From Monocercomonoides exilis PA203 (lineage: Eukaryota; Protista; Preaxostyla), in NCBI GenBank assembly GCA_001643675.2, contig LSRY02000005.1, positions 806,001-870,000 on the forward strand: a DNA stretch of 64,000 nt, read 5' to 3'. The notes beneath the pieces are model-generated. The model had not been told where the DNA came from and did not search any database. It saw only the letters and a program-made list of their open reading frames with translations. Position numbers and translations under genes: made by a program. This document shows, piece after piece, positions 59,701-64,000 of this stretch (within the stretch, counting starts at the first letter, position 1; each line of letters begins with the position of its first letter).

Positions 59701-60512
59701 CTTGAAACGTGATCTACGGCTCCTCCAAAGTCTCCCCTGAGATCTGTAAAAATGCAATCTTCAATTTTTGTGTTTCCACTTCTTTTAACATACCTATTTA
59801 TTTCTGTTTTTGTGCTTTTCTCAAATGAGCTGTTGAATACCCCAAACATTCCGCTTCGCATCGTCAGTCCTTCAAATATGCTTCCATAATATGCATTGTT
59901 CACAAAAGAAAACTGGCTGTTTGTCACCAAGCATTCTCCTCCAGGCATGTTTCTTTTCATGCTTTGTGGACAAACATTTTGTTCAACATTTGAATGCGAA
60001 ACATTCTTGAATGCACATCCACTCACAAACACTCTCTGTGCATCAGAGCTTCCAACAAATGGTTGGGTTCCATCAACACAAAATGAGGAGAAACTGCAGA
60101 AGCTCAATTCCAAAGAAGAAAAGCCTTCAAAATAGTTTCTTGTTCTCCTGTTATGCTGAATGCAAGGTGCAAAAGACTTTGATTTCTCAGGAGCAAGCGA
60201 AACATTTGAAAACACAGTTCTTCCTCCAAAACTCTCCACAATCCACTTCGTTTGGCTTTTTTCTATGAAAATTTGGCAATCTTCAATTCTTGCACTTGAG
60301 AGTGAATCAGTCAGAAATAAACTGTTTCTGTTTGATGGGCAAAGACTTATTGCTTTCAACACAAAAGATGAATTCTTTTCTTCAAAAATACCACGCAATA
60401 AACAGACTTCTTCTTTCAATTTTTCTTTTCCATATTCGCTCTTCAAGTCGTTTGTTTTCGTCCTCATATCTGATTTAGAAAAGTCTTCATTGTTCTGCAG
60501 AAAAGATGACAA
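53731..60512 (-). pseudogene. Second disabled receptor-like gene (beta-helix ectodomain, TM, pseudokinase tail)
   Basis: Same architecture as 18320-29596, with three CG..(P)C modules. One phase-0 intron at ~59585-59666, a frameshift at ~56845 and an in-frame TAG at ~55573 (SL*GGDG). The 5' end is disrupted by a ~19-bp tandem duplication near 60530-60566. Confidence 0.82.
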
Positions 60513-63499
60513 TGTGTAGGGCTATAATTTTTATCTTGACCTTTTTTCTTTATCTTGACCTTTTTCTTTTTTGCAATGCTTTTAGCTCTTCACAAGCCTG
60601 TGATAAATAAAAAATAACCAGAAATGTTTGAAATGTTTTAATTTCCTTATTCTAAATTTTTTTTCAATATTTCATATTTTTCAAAAAGATCGAGGATAAT
60701 AATAATTTTGTGTTTTGATCATTGACTTGCTGCTATTCCAGCGAATATTTTTTGTAAGAAGTTTTCAGCTTTCATATCATAATACATTGTTTCTTTTTTA
60801 TAAGTTGAACTTGTTTTTTTAACACTTTTTCTCATTTCACACATTTTTACAAAAAACACGATTTTAAGGACAAATATGAATTTGTTTTGAAATTTATTGA
60901 AATGATAAATAAACATTATTAAAATTAAACGATTCTTGTATGAAAAAATGATTATTTGTTTGTATATGTTTGGAAATTTAAATAACAAAAAAATCATATA
61001 TACTTGCTTTTTAGTTAATCTTCTTGAAAAGTTCCTTTTCATTTCAAAACTTAATACAAATAAACGATAATTAAGACTTTGCATATTTTTTTGGTTTTTA
61101 TGAAATTTGACACAAACACTTGTTTATATTAAAAATCGTGTTTTAAGCAAAAACAGTGAAATGAGAAAAATAGGTAAAAATTTAATTGATAATGTTAAAA
61201 ACAAGTTAAAATAATAATATAGGAATGTGGAACTGTGATACTGTAGCTTGAAACGTTCGGTATGAAATATTGGCTTCACAGCCAGCAAGTCTTTGATCTG
61301 GGTCCCAAAATTATAAAAAATAAAAAAATATTTTTTGAACATAAAAATCTCAAAAAAATTTTTAACAGAATTCTGAAAAACAAAAATATCAGAAAGTCTA
61401 TTTATTTTGTTTTTGTTTTCAGCCTTTTCACAAATTAAAAAAGCAAAAATAAGTTTCAAAAAAACAGGGTTGAGATAAAATTTTGATGTCAAGATAAAAT
61501 ATGCACACTATTCAGAATTTTGGAGTTCATTCAAATGTTTTTGTTTCTGCTGTTCAATAGTATTGATGCATTCCACATTTTCGTCAGTATTGGCACTTAG
61601 GATGATCCAGAAAAAGCAGATAAATACAATAAAAAACATACAAAGTTAGAACACTTTTCTCCAAATTGTTAAAACTAGTGGAAATCCAAAAATAATTATA
61701 AAATAAACATAAAAAAAATTAATAAAAAAGTAACTTTGTTGAAGAATGAACGAATATTGAAATTGAAGTATCAATCAACACCTCTTTTTATCACGCTCAT
61801 TATAGAAGTATTTGAGATATTATTTTTTTGTAAAAAAAAGCTCAAATTAATGTTTTTTTTTATAGTTTTTTGCTTTATGGCTTTTGCATAATAATTTCCA
61901 GTGTAAAGAGGATCAAAAAATATTTGGTTTTTTTTTAACTTCGACGTTGTTATTTTCGAAGTTAAATGATAAGAATGAAGATGATTTCTCAAATGAAATA
62001 CAGCTTTTTCTTTTTCTTTTTTTATTTTTCTTTCTTTCATTTATTTATTCATTCATTCTTTCTTTCCTTTTGAGAAATCTTGGAATTAATAATATATTTA
62101 TCAATTAATATTTTGGGAAAATGATTATCACTGTCAATTTCAATGTATTGATACAGTCTTCCCTTTCCTCGAATATCTCAACATATTGTGCATTATTGTT
62201 GTTTTAAATTTTGAAGATAAAAACAAAAGAATTCATGATAATTAATTTATGAACTGATGATGATAAAATTTTCAAATATTAAAAATTTTCTTCATTCAAA
62301 TAACCATTGCATGATCCAAATATCAAACGATGAAATATTACACTTTTTCGGTTTTTCGCACTTCTCAATGAAATGATCATTTGACATAATAGATAAATTG
62401 TGAAATAAAAAAATATTTCAAAATATAACGTTTATTTCAAGATCCCCCAGTAATTTTAAATTAAAGGCAGTGTTTTTAAGAAAAACTAGTTTTTTTCAAT
62501 TGTGACCTGACAGTCTTGCATTTATCAAAAAAACATTTTTCACAGGTCGAAGACAAAAACACATCAACAAATGATGTTATGTAATATCTTTCACAAAAAA
62601 AGCATTTTTGAGTAAGTTTTTCCAATATTTTGATCATTTTCATTCGAACCGGAAATTGAATCGTTTTCAAATAATGATGAATTAAATAAATAACACAAAT
62701 GTTCATTGAACATTTCCATCCATTGATAAGAAGGTTTTTTCTTATATCTGTTGAGTTTTGCTTTTTTGGTATTATGAACTTTCTGTATTTTTGTGAAACA
62801 ATGAAATAATCAAAAACTATTGGTTCACACTTAATTTATAAACAACATTAAACCTCATCATAAACATATAAAACTTATTTTACGAAATTTTCATTGATTA
62901 ATATTTATTTATGTGAATGATCAAATTGTTTTTAATATTTTTCTGAATATATTGGATGAAAACATAAATGCATTCAAAAACTGAGTGACAACAACTGCTT
63001 ATATCTGTTGAAAAATGTTTTCTATTAATATCGTTTTCTTTCTTTCAAGATTTCTCTCATTTTGTTTTTGAAAATAGATTTTGAATCTTTCTGAATGCCA
63101 CGCTTTTGCCAAAATAAAAGATATTCAAAATACAAAATATTCAGCTGGTATGAAACAGTTATCGAATGAAATATAGAATTTAATTAAAATTTCTTTCTTT
63201 TTTTATGAAAACAATAACTTTTTGAGTTTGAACTTAGTATAAGGAACTGCAGAAACAGAAATTTTCAGTATGAAAAGACTGATTGATCTTTGTGAAGGTT
63301 TCTTTTCCCTGAGCTCCTGATTCAAATCAATATATCTTTTGATTTGTATGGTTGGTCTTTTGAAAGTTGTTTTAGCAGAAAGAGGAAAATAATTAAACTC
63401 AAAAAGAAATGGAATTATCAAAACTGATGTTGAGTAATATCGATACGTGGAAAGTTTGTAATTAAATTATTACAATTCATATATTTTTCTTACTCGTTG

Positions 63500-64000
63500 T
63501 TCATAAGGATGTTGAACAAGAATTGTATTTGAAGGAGATGGCAGAAACCGTCCAAAATTATCAAGAACACCACTTCACGAAGCGCCTTGTCTATCAGTCT
63601 GTTTGGCAGTTTTTTACAGGCAGGGTCCCCTGTGAAAGAGGTTTGGAAGAACTTGTCCCCAATGAGATGCATTTTGCTACAGAGGTAGGAATAGATTTGT
63701 CAGAGTTTGTGAAGTGCGCAAATTAGAAGAAGAACGGAAATGTGAAATGGGTAAAATAAGACAAGATTGGCACCGAGATGACTCATTGCATTGAAGCCTG
63801 ATGCCCACTAATGCTGTGAGAAGAATGAAGAATCTAAAGTGGTTATGGGCATCATTGCGAGAGTGTTGAGGGAAGCGAAGAGTGATGATGGAGAAATCGG
63901 AAAGCAATGGATGAAAACTCTCCAAGGCGCAGTGGATAGCCAAGATTTGAAAGCTGAAGGCTTGCCGGAAAGCGGAGCGGTCGATGCAGTTTTGGAGGGA
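63500..64000 (+). pseudogene. Degenerate copy of a multicopy alpha-helical (ARM-like) hypothetical family
   Basis: VEQELYLKEM..YQEHH..RLVYQSVWQF..LEELVPNEMHFA and SGAVDAVLE match a large oxymonad family as I recall it. Several stops are present. Confidence 0.55.

Noticed and set aside
61500-62710. Faint USP Cys-box-like peptide (QNFGVHSNVFVSAVQ..IPHFRQYW) and a Cys-rich ORF at 62476-62706
   Set aside because: No catalytic Cys, multiple stops and no coherent gene model.

Overview
AT-rich eukaryotic genomic DNA with short spliceosomal introns, read in the standard genetic code. The gene families resemble those I recall from the oxymonad Monocercomonoides; that assignment is an inference. Contents, left to right: (1) the 5' part of a minus-strand surface-protein gene running off the left edge, and a small multi-exon hypothetical gene; (2) a ~5,170-aa PPP-family Ser/Thr phosphatase whose catalytic domain is split by a ~470-aa insertion; (3) a disabled receptor-like gene (beta-helix ectodomain, TM, pseudokinase tail) carrying a 1-kb foldback element and an intact DD34D mariner; (4) a transposon-rich zone with a pogo relic, three MITEs and an intact intron-containing DD35D pogo/Fot-like element ending 8 bp upstream of a tRNA-Pro(TGG) gene; (5) a housekeeping block: giant split AMPK-beta, SNIP1/Pml1, an arm-less short RNase Z, prefoldin 6 and a very divergent NAT10/Kre33 homolog that appears to have lost its ATPase and acetyltransferase catalytic residues; (6) a second foldback element, a second inverted and disabled receptor-pseudokinase paralog, and a relic of a multicopy helical-repeat family at the right edge. 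The best leads are the pseudo-NAT10, the tRNA-adjacent DNA transposon, the recurrent domain-splitting insertions and the variable-ectodomain receptor family. All homology calls come from recalled motifs, not from searches.
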